A DNA stretch of 64,000 nt from contig JBEPYN010000002.1 in assembly GCA_041641305.1 (NCBI GenBank), positions 1 through 64,000 on the forward strand, read 5' to 3'. Source of the DNA: Nitrososphaerota archaeon (GTDB taxonomy: Archaea; Thermoproteota; Nitrososphaeria_A; Caldarchaeales; Caldarchaeaceae). A program made the position numbers and the translations under genes. Shown piece by piece: positions 1-9,817 of the stretch (position 1 is the stretch's first letter; every line of letters starts with the position of its first letter). The notes under the pieces were generated by a model. It had not been told where the DNA came from. It did no database searches and saw only the letters and a program-made list of their open reading frames with translations.

Positions 1-245
1 CGCTTGCGTATGCACGGGCTCAGTTGGAGAGTTTGGGTGACGTGGGTGTGCGCGAGGCTGGGAGGCTTGGGTCTGCTTTCGACGTTCTCGGCTCGGCGTT
101 GAGCAGGGCGTTTGGCATAGCTTTCTAAGAGGCGGGAGCATATCTTCAAGACTTTCTCGCAGGCTCTATCCAAGCGTTCACAGAGTTCGAGGCCGCTGCA
201 ACACGTCTCGCATCCCTCTCAGCATCGGCGGGTGAATCGGTCAAC

Positions 246-2231
246 ATGCTCGCCGACGCCTTCAGAGCAGCCGCGTCCGCGGCGGCGCGGGAGATGGGTG
301 TCACGGGAACAGAGGCGATCAAAGCTCTCGAGGCCTTGGTCAAGGCAGGGCTCTCAGGCGCAGACGCGTTGCAGGCTCTCAGGTATTCTCTTGCTCTCGC
401 GAGGATTGAGGGTGAGGACTATGGGAAAGCGGCTTCGAACCTTGTGCAGGTGATGGCGCAGTTCGGCGTCGAGGGGAGCAGGGCCGCTGTGGCCGTGGAT
501 GTTTTGGTTAACGCGTCGCGTCTCGGCATAGGCTCTGCCACAGATTTTGCACAGGGCCTCGCAAACGTCGGTTCGACGGCGCGTGCTATGGGTTTGTCGC
601 TGCAGGAGACAACAGCGTGGCTGGTTGCCTTGGAGAGGAGGCTCGGCTCAGCGGAGGAGGCTGGCACGCAGCTGGCCCGGCTCTTCATCAACCTATACGA
701 GGTCGCGGCCAAGCTGGGCGTCCCCATAAGAGACTCTGCAGACCATCTGAGAACAACGAGCGAGATCATGCTCGACGTCATAGCACGTGTCCGCGAACTC
801 GGCGGAGACTTCGAAGCCCTCCAGAGCAGGCTGGTCGGCGTCGACGCAAGAGCCGTCAAAGCACTCTTCACCCTTGCGCAGATGAATGAGTCTTTCCAAG
901 ACCTTGTCGCCGGTGTCTCCGAGGCCGGGACTGCTTTGAGGACGTTTGAGGAGTATCTTGGCACGGCTGAGGGAAGGGCTGCGGCTCTGCGGGCTGAGAC
1001 CGACAGGCTTCAGAGAATGGTCGGCGAATCTCTCTCCGCGATATATTACATGGTCGGGCCCTATGTTTTGAAGGCTTTTGACGCTGTGACGACGGCGTGG
1101 CGGGGAATAATCGCAGCGGCTGTCGACAGCAGGTTTGACCAGCGGCTTGCATACATCGAGACACAGCTACGCATTCTCGGCAGGATAACTGAGGAGGAGG
1201 CCAGCTCATTCATCCGCTCATGGGTTGAGATGGGTGACATCTCTCTCGAGGAGGGGCTGAAGATAGCCGAGGCCGTGGCAGTCTATGACGAAAACATCCA
1301 AGCCCTTGTTGAACAGGCTCAAGCAGCCGGTGTCGAGGTTCCCGAATCCTTTAGACAGATGGCGGACGCGGTGGGAGCCGCTGTCTCCGAGTCTGCGTCA
1401 CATATGTCTGAAATGACGTTGGCTTTGGGTAACGTGGAGCGGGCGGTTAAGGACCTTGGCGTGGCTTCGAAGAGTTTGGCGGCTGGCATGGATTTCTACA
1501 ACGTGTTGAAGCAGGTGCATGAAGCGCTTGGTGTCGCGGAGCCGTTGACCGAGGAGCAGGCCAAGAGCATGGAGTATCTCGCTGCGGCGCAGTCGGTCGT
1601 AAACTACACCAGCCAGCTCCTCTCCCTCCAGCAACAAGCCCTCCAGCTCTACATGATGGGGGCCACCGAAGCCGGAGACATGCTCACAGCCGTGATGCAG
1701 GGCCTCTCACAGGCTCTAGCGGATGGAACCATCACGCAAGCAGAGTTCATAGGCTTGCTGGGCACGCTTGGAGTAGATGCCGGCAACGTGGCTGGCTCGC
1801 TTCACGGCATGCTTGTCAAAGCCCTCGAAACCACGCGTCAAGCCGTCGAAGGCAACGTCTCCAGCCTCCAGTCGCTCATCAACTACCTCAACACACTCAA
1901 CGGCCAAGTGGTCAGATACACAATCGTCGAGGAACGGGTTACGGTCCACAGAAGCACAGGCGGCGGCGCTCGAATAGTGCATGAGACAGGCGGCCGCTTC
2001 TTCGAGGAGTATCAGCACGGTGCGTGGCATGTGCCGAGGACGGGGCCCGCTCTCCTCCATGAGGGCGAGATGGTGCTGCCCCGCTCCGTGGCAGAATGGT
2101 TTCGCAGAGGCGGCGTAGCATCGACAGTCGTCAACGTCAACATGAACGTGAACATCTCCGGCGAAAAATCCGCAAATGCCGTGGAAGCTCTTAGCCGCGA
2201 GCTTGTGAGAAGGCTGAGGACGGCTCTATGA
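246..2231 (+). CDS. Phage tail tape measure protein (TP901-like); the frame continues upstream past an in-frame TAA at 126-128
   Basis: Long Ala/Leu/Glu-rich helical protein with TP901-core-like segments (MGLSLQETTAWLVAL..AEEAGTQL) and the typical C-terminal 'GPALLHEGEMVLP' motif. Confidence 0.85.
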   Translation: MLADAFRAAASAAAREMGVTGTEAIKALEALVKAGLSGADALQALRYSLALARIEGEDYGKAASNLVQVMAQFGVEGSRAAVAVDVLVNASRLGIGSATDFAQGLANVGSTARAMGLSLQETTAWLVALERRLGSAEEAGTQLARLFINLYEVAAKLGVPIRDSADHLRTTSEIMLDVIARVRELGGDFEALQSRLVGVDARAVKALFTLAQMNESFQDLVAGVSEAGTALRTFEEYLGTAEGRAAALRAETDRLQRMVGESLSAIYYMVGPYVLKAFDAVTTAWRGIIAAAVDSRFDQRLAYIETQLRILGRITEEEASSFIRSWVEMGDISLEEGLKIAEAVAVYDENIQALVEQAQAAGVEVPESFRQMADAVGAAVSESASHMSEMTLALGNVERAVKDLGVASKSLAAGMDFYNVLKQVHEALGVAEPLTEEQAKSMEYLAAAQSVVNYTSQLLSLQQQALQLYMMGATEAGDMLTAVMQGLSQALADGTITQAEFIGLLGTLGVDAGNVAGSLHGMLVKALETTRQAVEGNVSSLQSLINYLNTLNGQVVRYTIVEERVTVHRSTGGGARIVHETGGRFFEEYQHGAWHVPRTGPALLHEGEMVLPRSVAEWFRRGGVASTVVNVNMNVNISGEKSANAVEALSRELVRRLRTAL

Positions 2232-4093
2232 TTCTCGAGCTATACAGAGACGATGCATGGGTTGATGTCTCGGCGGCGGCGACGTCGCTGAGATGGAGGC
2301 TGGAGGGCCGTAGCCTCGAGGCTCTCGAGGCGGAGGTGCTTGACCACGTTGACGTGGGTGAGAGGATGAGGCTCCGCCTCGGCTCAACAGTTCTCTTCGA
2401 AGGAGTGGTATACGAAGTTAGCCGAAGACATCAGAGAGGCGACGTTGCCCGCTGCATCTTCACCGCCCACAGCGACCTGATACTCTACGACCGTCACATA
2501 GTTTTCCGCGAATACCCGACAGGCACAACAGCGGGGGCAATCATCAGAGACCTCGCATCGCTTGAGCAGGGTGTTGACGTCACCGAGGTGGATGAGGGTC
2601 CCGCACTCACCAGCAGCTGGTCGATAGAAAACGTCGAAGCCTTGAAGGTGATGCAGGACATCGCCAAAGCGACGAACCACTGGCTACGCATGCGGCCTGG
2701 GAAAAAGCTGCTCTACAAACCAAAGACAACATCCTCCCCCGTCGCCTCCATAGACATGGATAAGATATTGTCCGCGGAATACAGCGAGGATAGGTGGAGG
2801 CTGCGGAACAGAGTTGTTTATGTTGGCACAGGCGGTGAAGTGCTTGCCGATGTTTCCACGGGTTTGGGGGATTTTCCTCTTGTTGTTCATGACCCGTTTC
2901 TCACCGACGGCTCCGAGGCCCTGCGAAGAGCTCAGACACGTCTCAACATGGCGAGCGAATACGGCCGCTCCCTCAGGCTCCAGATGCATCAGCAGGTTTT
3001 CTCCACGCTGGGCATCGACCTCGGCGACACCGTAACAGTCAACCTCCCAAGCCTCGGAATAGACAACGAAAACCTCTACATACTCGAAATCAGATACGAT
3101 ATAGACGCGCTGCTCTACGAAGTCGTGCTTGGGGGACGGCTTGAGCTGCTTGAGGATTTGCTTGATGAACGGTTTGGCGGAGACCCTGCTGCACGGTTTG
3201 GCCAAAGAATGTCCGCTGAGGAGGCTGTGGGAAACGCTATTGCTTTGTCACAGTCACTTGCCAAACGGTTCACCACCCAGTTGATACCCGTACTTTTCGT
3301 CACGGAGTATGCTCCGCCTATACCATATGCGTCGGGACAGAACATAGTCTATAACGATGTTGGCGAGGTTGTGTTGGCGAGCGGGTTTACCTCAGGCATG
3401 TTTACGCTCGAGTTCATGCCGTCATCGGAGAATGCGGAGCCGAAGACGCTGAAGTTTGCCTATGACAGCGGCGGTGGAAGTGTCACCGTTAACCTGAAGC
3501 GTGGCGACGGCTCGGTGATAAAATCCAACGCGTCCTCTCCCTATAATTTCCCCTACATCCCACAGAGGAAAACTTTAGCGGAGAAAGATGCGTCAAAATG
3601 GAGCATAACGGGTGGCACTCTAAGCGACACAACTCTCTCCATCATATCCCGCTACTCGCTCAAGGCCACGGGGACGACAGCTATGACGCTCACCTACCCC
3701 GCCACAGGCTCGCTTGCATGGAACCTCTCAGAATGCAGCTACTTCAACATCTACGTCTATCCACCCGCGGACACAACCATCGAGGTAAGAGCCTTGACAA
3801 ACACGTCAAACCACTACTCCGCACAAATCACAGTATCCGCTGGAAAATTCCAAAAATACGTCAAAAAACTAAGCGACTTCGCTGCCACCGGGACACCGAG
3901 CTGGAGCAACATCAACCAGTTGCAGATTATTCTCCCCGCCGGCACATACTACATCGACTTTGACCATGTTTTCACAGCGATAACCTATGAAAAGCTGGTG
4001 GCCGAGGTGAACATGAATAGGCCGAGCGCATCATCTACATCGCCTACGTTTAAGCGCGCGTCTCTCTTCTGGGCCGAGGTGACGCAGACATGA
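2228..4093 (+). CDS. Phage tail/baseplate hub-like protein with C-terminal carbohydrate-binding-like beta-sandwich
   Basis: Follows the tape measure with ATGA overlap. N-terminal hub-like region (LIDLGDTVTVNLP-type segment LGIDLGDTVTVNLP). C-terminal 'KKLSDF..PSWSNINQLQI..GTYYIDF' resembles CBM11/CIA30 folds. Confidence 0.65.
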   Translation: MILELYRDDAWVDVSAAATSLRWRLEGRSLEALEAEVLDHVDVGERMRLRLGSTVLFEGVVYEVSRRHQRGDVARCIFTAHSDLILYDRHIVFREYPTGTTAGAIIRDLASLEQGVDVTEVDEGPALTSSWSIENVEALKVMQDIAKATNHWLRMRPGKKLLYKPKTTSSPVASIDMDKILSAEYSEDRWRLRNRVVYVGTGGEVLADVSTGLGDFPLVVHDPFLTDGSEALRRAQTRLNMASEYGRSLRLQMHQQVFSTLGIDLGDTVTVNLPSLGIDNENLYILEIRYDIDALLYEVVLGGRLELLEDLLDERFGGDPAARFGQRMSAEEAVGNAIALSQSLAKRFTTQLIPVLFVTEYAPPIPYASGQNIVYNDVGEVVLASGFTSGMFTLEFMPSSENAEPKTLKFAYDSGGGSVTVNLKRGDGSVIKSNASSPYNFPYIPQRKTLAEKDASKWSITGGTLSDTTLSIISRYSLKATGTTAMTLTYPATGSLAWNLSECSYFNIYVYPPADTTIEVRALTNTSNHYSAQITVSAGKFQKYVKKLSDFAATGTPSWSNINQLQIILPAGTYYIDFDHVFTAITYEKLVAEVNMNRPSASSTSPTFKRASLFWAEVTQT

Positions 4094-4764
4094 GCGTGAC
4101 ACTCCGCATAGGCGACGTAGGCCGCCGAAGCACCCTCTACTGGAACATACCAATTTACAACACCTCGACAACCTACACGGGGACATGGTCTACCAATTCG
4201 ACTTCATTTGTTCTCGCCACATCAGGCAGCATAAATATCACAGGTTTCATAAACACGCTTCCCAATTTCTACGACCGGGTAGTAGTAACTTATTCATATA
4301 TGCATAGGAGCTATACTTCAGGGGCCACAAGCGAAGCTTACATGACGATACTCGGCACCCAAATGACTACATACAGCACAAGCACATCAGCTTGGACTAC
4401 TCGAAGCGAAACCGCCGAATTCGCTATGCCAGCCAACGGGGTTATAACATGGGAACTATGGCATAGAAAGGTTCAAAGCATGTCGGAGGTCAGAAACCCT
4501 TCTTTCGCGGTATATCTTCTCAACAAAAACAAAACCTCCATCACAGCGGGGGAGCTTGACATAGGCCAGCTGTTTGTAACAGGCTACAAGCTCGACCCGC
4601 AGGTTACCTTCATTTTCGACGACAACCCTTTCTACACATTCTATAATCCATCCACTGCCGATGTTCTCGTAGAAACCTTTGACACCCCGGTCGCCATCAG
4701 CAAAGTCTCGATAAATAGGCCACAGTCAACAAGCACGGCTGAGCTATACCTAATTGTGGTGTAG
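4090..4764 (+). CDS. Putative virion tail/receptor-binding protein
   Basis: Ser/Thr-rich, beta-strand-rich, lower GC, inside the tail module. Confidence 0.5.
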   Translation: MSVTLRIGDVGRRSTLYWNIPIYNTSTTYTGTWSTNSTSFVLATSGSINITGFINTLPNFYDRVVVTYSYMHRSYTSGATSEAYMTILGTQMTTYSTSTSAWTTRSETAEFAMPANGVITWELWHRKVQSMSEVRNPSFAVYLLNKNKTSITAGELDIGQLFVTGYKLDPQVTFIFDDNPFYTFYNPSTADVLVETFDTPVAISKVSINRPQSTSTAELYLIVV

Positions 4765-4767
4765 AAA

Positions 4768-5322
4768 ATGAGGATAATGTTTCGCGACAAGGAGACAGGT
4801 CTGCCGCCTACTATGGTGAAAATGCTCAAATCCCTTGAAGCTGAGAATCAGCTTCTCCGCGATGAAAACACCCTGTTGAAGGAGAGGGTTCAGCTGCTTG
4901 AGACGGTTGTGCAGAAAACCGTGGACGGCGCCCTTGTAGCAAACGTGAAGATAACGCCTTCACGGATAGAGGCCCAGCAGCCCTACACGCTCACAATAGG
5001 CTCAACAGATAACCCAGCAGCCGACATCATCACAGCCAACATAACCATACCCTCAAAATCATCCGACAAAACAGATGTCTCGGAAGTGGATGAGCAGGTG
5101 TTGGCGGCCCTTCAACTGCCGAAGCCGAAGAGATATCGGCGTGCGGGGAGGTGGGAAATCGGTTTCCTCGCCGAGGAGATGCCTGACATACTCAAAACAT
5201 CCGAGGGCGACCTTGATTTCAAGGCTTTAGTCACCTATCTGGCTGTGAAGCTGATGTTTCTGGAGAGAGTTGTGCTCGGCGGGGGCGGTGGAGATGAGCT
5301 GGCTGCTAAGAACAGGGGGTAA
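4768..5322 (+). CDS. Tail fibre protein with peptidase S74-like intramolecular chaperone domain
   Basis: 'PSKSSDKTDV...LPKPKRYR...IGFLAEEMP...LDFKALVTYL' matches the endosialidase chaperone pattern; N-terminal coiled coil. Confidence 0.7.
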   Translation: MRIMFRDKETGLPPTMVKMLKSLEAENQLLRDENTLLKERVQLLETVVQKTVDGALVANVKITPSRIEAQQPYTLTIGSTDNPAADIITANITIPSKSSDKTDVSEVDEQVLAALQLPKPKRYRRAGRWEIGFLAEEMPDILKTSEGDLDFKALVTYLAVKLMFLERVVLGGGGGDELAAKNRG

Positions 5323-5506
5323 GAAAGCCGTAGAAGCCGAGAAACCATCTGAGACCGTCATGGGGATTAGCTGCGTTGTGAGGAGTGTCGGCGAAGACCT
5401 TGTCGTCGAGGGCCGTGCGAGAACCAAGAGGGACGCTGACCGTCTCAAACGCATCATAAACGAGATGCTCAACGAGGCTCTGGGGACAGGTGATGAAACG
5501 AAGTGA
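5294..5506 (+). CDS. Small proviral hypothetical protein
   Basis: GGTGG Shine-Dalgarno-like sequence before the ATG at 5294; overlaps both neighbours. Confidence 0.55.
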   Translation: MSWLLRTGGKKAVEAEKPSETVMGISCVVRSVGEDLVVEGRARTKRDADRLKRIINEMLNEALGTGDETK

Positions 5507-6809
5507 TGTGGTCCAGCTTCTACTGCATGTCGCAGAACTTGATGTGAGGCTTCATCCATGGCAGCGACGCTTCATCGACGACCCCAGCCGCTTCAGAATA
5601 ATCCTCAAACACCGAGGAGCAGGCGCAACATTCACGATAGCCGCAGAAGCCTGTGCCAAGGCCCTGACTCATCCTGCCTCAACAACCCTCCTGATCAGCT
5701 ACTCGCTTAAACAAAGCCTCGAAATCTTCCGCCACATCAGAACAATCCTCACACGTCTAGGAAGCACACGGTTTAAACATGGCCACCGCATTTACAGACT
5801 CGACGCGAAAATCGGCGCACGAACAGTTGAGCTCGGCAACGGCAGCCGCATAATCTCCCTCCCCAACAACCCCGAATCGCTCCGTGGATACAGGGCCGAC
5901 GCGGTATACGTTGACGAGGCCGCGTTCTTCAGAGACGACTCAAGCCTGAAAACAGCCATCATGTTCACAACCGTCGCACGCGGCGGACGCGTCACACTCG
6001 TCTCAACACCTATGGGGAAGAGAGGATGGTTCTATGAGGCGTGGACAACTGAGAACACATGGTCCAAACACCTCGTCAAACTCGGCGACTCACCACACAT
6101 AACCGAGCGGGACCTCGAGGAGCTGCGTAAAACCATGTCACCGCTTGAGTGGAGACAGGAGATGATGTGCGAGTTTCTCGACGAAGTCAGCGCCTTCATC
6201 CCATATGAGAAGATTCTGGAGTGTGTGGAGGATTATTTGCCGGCGCGTGTTGTCGGCGACCGTGTCTATGTTGGCGTGGATTTCGGCAGGTTCCGAGACT
6301 CGACCGTGATAATCGGCGTGGTTGAGGATGGTGAGACGCTGCGCGTCTGCTATGTGGAGGAGCTGAGGCAGAAGCCTTTCGCGGCACAGCTAGAGGCCAT
6401 CAACAGGGCCAACATGGTTCTTCACCCAACGGTCATCGCAGTAGACAGCACAGGCATGGGGGCGCCGCTCGCCGAAACACTCGCAAAAACCATCCCACAC
6501 CTCCAGCCCATAACAATCACATCCTCAACCAAGCAAACCCTCGTCAACAACCTCCGCAACAACATCCTCAACAAAAAACTCATCATCCCAGCGGACGAAA
6601 AAACCCTGATAAACCAGCTCCGCCTCTACAAAGAAATCAACACAGGCCACTCAATAAAATATGAAGCACCCGCAGGAGAACACGACGACTACGTAATGGC
6701 TCTCGCACTCGCATGCTACGCAGCACAAATACCCATGGGCAAGAAAATAGAGGCAAGCCTCTTCTGGAGATGGGGTTCAGCGCCGCAGCTCTCTGCGGAG
6801 AATCAGTAG
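5490..6809 (+). CDS. terL: Terminase large subunit (Terminase_6, Mu gp28-like)
   Basis: LHPWQ adenine motif, KHRGAGAT Walker A variant, VYVDEAAF Walker B, STPMG motif III, and nuclease motifs GVDFG, DSTG and HDDYVMALAL. Confidence 0.92.
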   Translation: MMKRSDVVQLLLHVAELDVRLHPWQRRFIDDPSRFRIILKHRGAGATFTIAAEACAKALTHPASTTLLISYSLKQSLEIFRHIRTILTRLGSTRFKHGHRIYRLDAKIGARTVELGNGSRIISLPNNPESLRGYRADAVYVDEAAFFRDDSSLKTAIMFTTVARGGRVTLVSTPMGKRGWFYEAWTTENTWSKHLVKLGDSPHITERDLEELRKTMSPLEWRQEMMCEFLDEVSAFIPYEKILECVEDYLPARVVGDRVYVGVDFGRFRDSTVIIGVVEDGETLRVCYVEELRQKPFAAQLEAINRANMVLHPTVIAVDSTGMGAPLAETLAKTIPHLQPITITSSTKQTLVNNLRNNILNKKLIIPADEKTLINQLRLYKEINTGHSIKYEAPAGEHDDYVMALALACYAAQIPMGKKIEASLFWRWGSAPQLSAENQ

Positions 6810-7052
6810 ATAGAGGGCGACGAGCATTATTGAGAAGAGCAGCGACACCGGGTCGGGTATTCTATAGAATATTCTGAAGAGGAGAAATGTGGTGATGCCT
6901 ATGAAGACGGCGGAGATGAGTATGAGCGGTGTGTCGAGGCTGATGGATGTGGACAACCCAGCAGCGATGCCGCGGGAAAACTTTGCGAACATTTTCAGCA
7001 GCCGCCTCGGCTTGGGAATCCTGATGACCCAGTAGTCGCTGTCCTCGCCCAC
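6777..7052 (-). CDS. Small membrane protein (2 TM), start approximate
   Basis: Two hydrophobic helices; fills the gap between terL and the AKR gene. Confidence 0.55.
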   Translation of the reverse strand: MGEDSDYWVIRIPKPRRLLKMFAKFSRGIAAGLSTSISLDTPLILISAVFIGITTFLLFRIFYRIPDPVSLLFSIMLVALYLLILRRELRR

Positions 7053-7107
7053 GTCCACAGATTTGATGAGCAAGACTTTAAGCGTTCCAAACAGCTGCAT
7101 ACTGGGT

Positions 7108-7953
7108 TTGGAGAAGAAGAAGCTGGGCAATTCGGGTGAATGGGTTGCGGCTATAGGTTTGGGGACATGGGGTATCGGAGGCCGTGAAACACCTGACTAC
7201 AGCCAAGACAACCAAGCCATAGAAGCCATCAGATACGCGGTGGAGCTTGGAATGAACCACATCGACACGGCCGAGATATACGGAGGAGGCCACAGCGAAG
7301 AGCTTGTCGGAAAAGCGTTGAAAACCATCCCCCGTGAAGAAGTATTCGTCGCCACCAAAGTCTGGCCCTCCAACCTCCACTACGACGACGTCCTAAAAGC
7401 CTGCCGCAGAAGCTTGGAACGTCTCCAGCTCAAGTACGTGGACCTATACATGATCCACTGGCCCAACCCACGCATCCCCGTCGCGGAGACGATTCATGCC
7501 TTGGAGAAGCTTGTGAAAGATGGGCTGGTCCGCTACATAGGCGTCAGCAACTTTGATGTCCCGCTTTTGCAGGAGGCTATGGAGGCGTGCAGAAGCGAGG
7601 AAATCGTCTCCAACCAGATAATCTACAGCCTCGAGAACAGAGAGAATGAGCGAGAGGTCATACCTTTCTGCGAGAAAAACAAAATCACCGTAGTAGCCTA
7701 CACTCCGCTGGGCAAAGGCAGAATAGCGGCCGAACCCGCGAAAAACACGGAGAAGGGCAGAGCCCTCGCAACCCTCGCCAAAAAATATGATAAAACACCT
7801 GCACAGGTCGCGTTGAACTGGGTCATCTGGAAAACACACGTCATAACAATACCCAAGGCCATTCGCCGGGAGCATCTTGAGGAAAACGCTGGCGGCGCAG
7901 GCTGGAGGCTAGCCGAGGAAGACTATCAGCTGCTCTCGAGGGCTTGGCGCTAG
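7108..7953 (+). CDS. Aldo/keto reductase
   Basis: IGLGTWG, IDTAEIYG, VATK, DLYMIHWP, IGVSNF, AYTPLG, IPKA motifs. Confidence 0.95.
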   Translation: MEKKKLGNSGEWVAAIGLGTWGIGGRETPDYSQDNQAIEAIRYAVELGMNHIDTAEIYGGGHSEELVGKALKTIPREEVFVATKVWPSNLHYDDVLKACRRSLERLQLKYVDLYMIHWPNPRIPVAETIHALEKLVKDGLVRYIGVSNFDVPLLQEAMEACRSEEIVSNQIIYSLENRENEREVIPFCEKNKITVVAYTPLGKGRIAAEPAKNTEKGRALATLAKKYDKTPAQVALNWVIWKTHVITIPKAIRREHLEENAGGAGWRLAEEDYQLLSRAWR

Positions 7954-8822
7954 CTTTTCTGGAGAGCTGTACCCGCGAGGTATGCGCTGAGCAGGAGAAG
8001 CCCCATTCCAAAGCCTGTTGTCACCATCAAGTCGGTCAAGAGAGTAGCGGTGTTGGCCGCTGCACCGAGTATGAAGGATTGCCTTACGGCGTCGACGGCG
8101 TAGCTGATGGGGTTGGCCTGTGCAACGGCCTGAAGCCAAGCGGGCATGAGCGCTATCGGGTAGAGGGCGTTGCTCGCAAACATCAGCGGAAGGTTAAGCA
8201 GGTTCATGACAGCTGCCTGCGACTCCCAGCTCTTCAGACGAAGCCCGAGCGCGATGAAGAGAGAAGTAAGCCCAAGCGCGAGGAAGAAAAGTGCAGCAAA
8301 AGCCGCCAAAGGCCCCAGCGGAAACAATACATGAAACCTCGCGCCGAAGGCGAGGGCCACGAGAAGAAGCAGCGACGCCTGTATGACCGCCCTCAACACA
8401 CCTGACAACACCTTGGAGACGATGATGGAGCCGCGCCAAATGGGTGCGGCGAGAAGCTTGTTGAGAAAACCGAGCCGTCTATCCCACGCGATACCCATGC
8501 CGCTCGACATAGAGGAAAACAAGACCGTGATGCTGAGCATCCCGACCGAGATGTAGCTGAAGTAGTCGATGTCCGCTGTCCCGAAGAACCTCGTCATCAC
8601 GCTGTTGAATATCTCCGCCAGCTGCGACGTAACATATGGCGGCAGATTTTGAAGCATCTCCTCCGGTATGCGTAGAAAGCCGGTGATGTTGAATGCTTTG
8701 CCGAACAACCCCATCCAGATAACAGGCTGGACAAGGGTGAAGAACATGAGGAACGGTGACCGTAGCCATTTGCGGACCTCACGCATCGTCAACACACTTA
8801 TCTCGCCAAATATCTCCCTCAT
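7950..8822 (-). CDS. ABC-2 type exporter permease (DrrB-like)
   Basis: Six TM segments, DRRLGFLNKLLAAP, LYPIALMPAWL..NPISY. Confidence 0.92.
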   Translation of the reverse strand: MREIFGEISVLTMREVRKWLRSPFLMFFTLVQPVIWMGLFGKAFNITGFLRIPEEMLQNLPPYVTSQLAEIFNSVMTRFFGTADIDYFSYISVGMLSITVLFSSMSSGMGIAWDRRLGFLNKLLAAPIWRGSIIVSKVLSGVLRAVIQASLLLLVALAFGARFHVLFPLGPLAAFAALFFLALGLTSLFIALGLRLKSWESQAAVMNLLNLPLMFASNALYPIALMPAWLQAVAQANPISYAVDAVRQSFILGAAANTATLLTDLMVTTGFGMGLLLLSAYLAGTALQKS

Positions 8823-9817
8823 GTCCTCATCCTCCTCAAAACCATCCTTCTCCTAAACTGCTCCTCCCAGCTCCCGCCCTCATCACGCAGCGTGCGGCCC
8901 GTGAACTCGAGAAACACCTCGTCAAGAGAAGGCCTCTTCATGCTAACACGATTCACAGCAACCCCACGTTGGATAAGAACCTCAAGAACATGCGGAAGCG
9001 TCCTATCACCTCTCTCAACAGTCAACCTATACACACCGTTGTCAACATACACGCGTCTAATCCCCTCCACACCCTCGAGCAGCCTCGCAACATCCAAACC
9101 ATTCTCCACAAGCTCGAGCTCGATAATGTCTCCGCCCAGCCTCGCCTTCAGCCCCTCACCTGTGTCGATTGCCTTGATGACGCCTTTGTCGATTATCGCG
9201 ATCCGGTCGCAGAGGCTGTCAGCCTCGTCCATGTAGTGTGTTGTGAGGAAGACTGTTGTCCCCGTTTCTTTCCGCAGCCTTCTGATGTAGTCCCAGATTA
9301 CTGCTCGTGTGGCGACGTCGAGGCCGAGCGTCGGCTCGTCGAGAAAAACCACCTCGGGCTCATGCATCAGCCCCGCTATCAGGTCAAGCCTTTTCCGCAT
9401 ACCACCCGAATAGGTCTCCACCCTTTTGTCAGCGAACTCCCGCAAACCTACGAGGTCGAGGAGCTCGAGGGCCCTGCGCCGAGCCTCGCTCCGAGGAATG
9501 TGGTATAGCCCTGCTTGGAGCATCAGGTTCTCCATGCCCGTGAGGTCGTCGTCCACCGTTAGCTCCTGCGGAACAAGCCCAACCCGTTTCCTAACCTCAT
9601 GCGCATGTGTTGAGACATCATAGCCCGCGACGACAGCTTTTCCAGCCGTCGGCTTGAGAAGCGTTGTGAGAATGTTGATGGTAGTGGTTTTGCCTGCGCC
9701 GTTGGGGCCGAGGAAGCCGAAGAGCTCACCCTCTTTAACGGTGAAGCTGACCCCGTTGACGGCGGTGAAGTTTCCAAACTTTTTCACAAGCCCCTCAACA
9801 ACAATCGACTCCATCAC
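8819..9817 (-). CDS. ABC exporter ATP-binding protein (DrrA-like)
   Basis: GPNGAGKT, YSGGM, FLDEPT, TTHY, C-terminal PSLDEVFL. Confidence 0.95.
   Translation of the reverse strand: MMESIVVEGLVKKFGNFTAVNGVSFTVKEGELFGFLGPNGAGKTTTINILTTLLKPTAGKAVVAGYDVSTHAHEVRKRVGLVPQELTVDDDLTGMENLMLQAGLYHIPRSEARRRALELLDLVGLREFADKRVETYSGGMRKRLDLIAGLMHEPEVVFLDEPTLGLDVATRAVIWDYIRRLRKETGTTVFLTTHYMDEADSLCDRIAIIDKGVIKAIDTGEGLKARLGGDIIELELVENGLDVARLLEGVEGIRRVYVDNGVYRLTVERGDRTLPHVLEVLIQRGVAVNRVSMKRPSLDEVFLEFTGRTLRDEGGSWEEQFRRRMVLRRMRT

Larger units (their letters stand above)
1..6809 (+). mobile_element. Right-hand part of a head-tail (Caudoviricetes-like) provirus, probably defective
   Basis: Six co-oriented, tightly packed or overlapping ORFs: tape measure, hub/tail, tail, S74 chaperone, small ORF, TerL. 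Host genes resume at 6777. No integrase or att site is visible in the window. Confidence 0.85.

Noticed and set aside
126-128. Programmed readthrough or recoding
   Set aside because: TAA is not a Sec/Pyl codon and is used as a normal stop throughout; a nonsense mutation or sequence error is simpler
4090-5322. Diversity-generating retroelement target
   Set aside because: No reverse transcriptase and no TR/VR repeat pair found in the window
6740-7110. attR or tRNA fragment at the provirus end
   Set aside because: No tRNA-like sequence; a direct repeat cannot be tested without the left end
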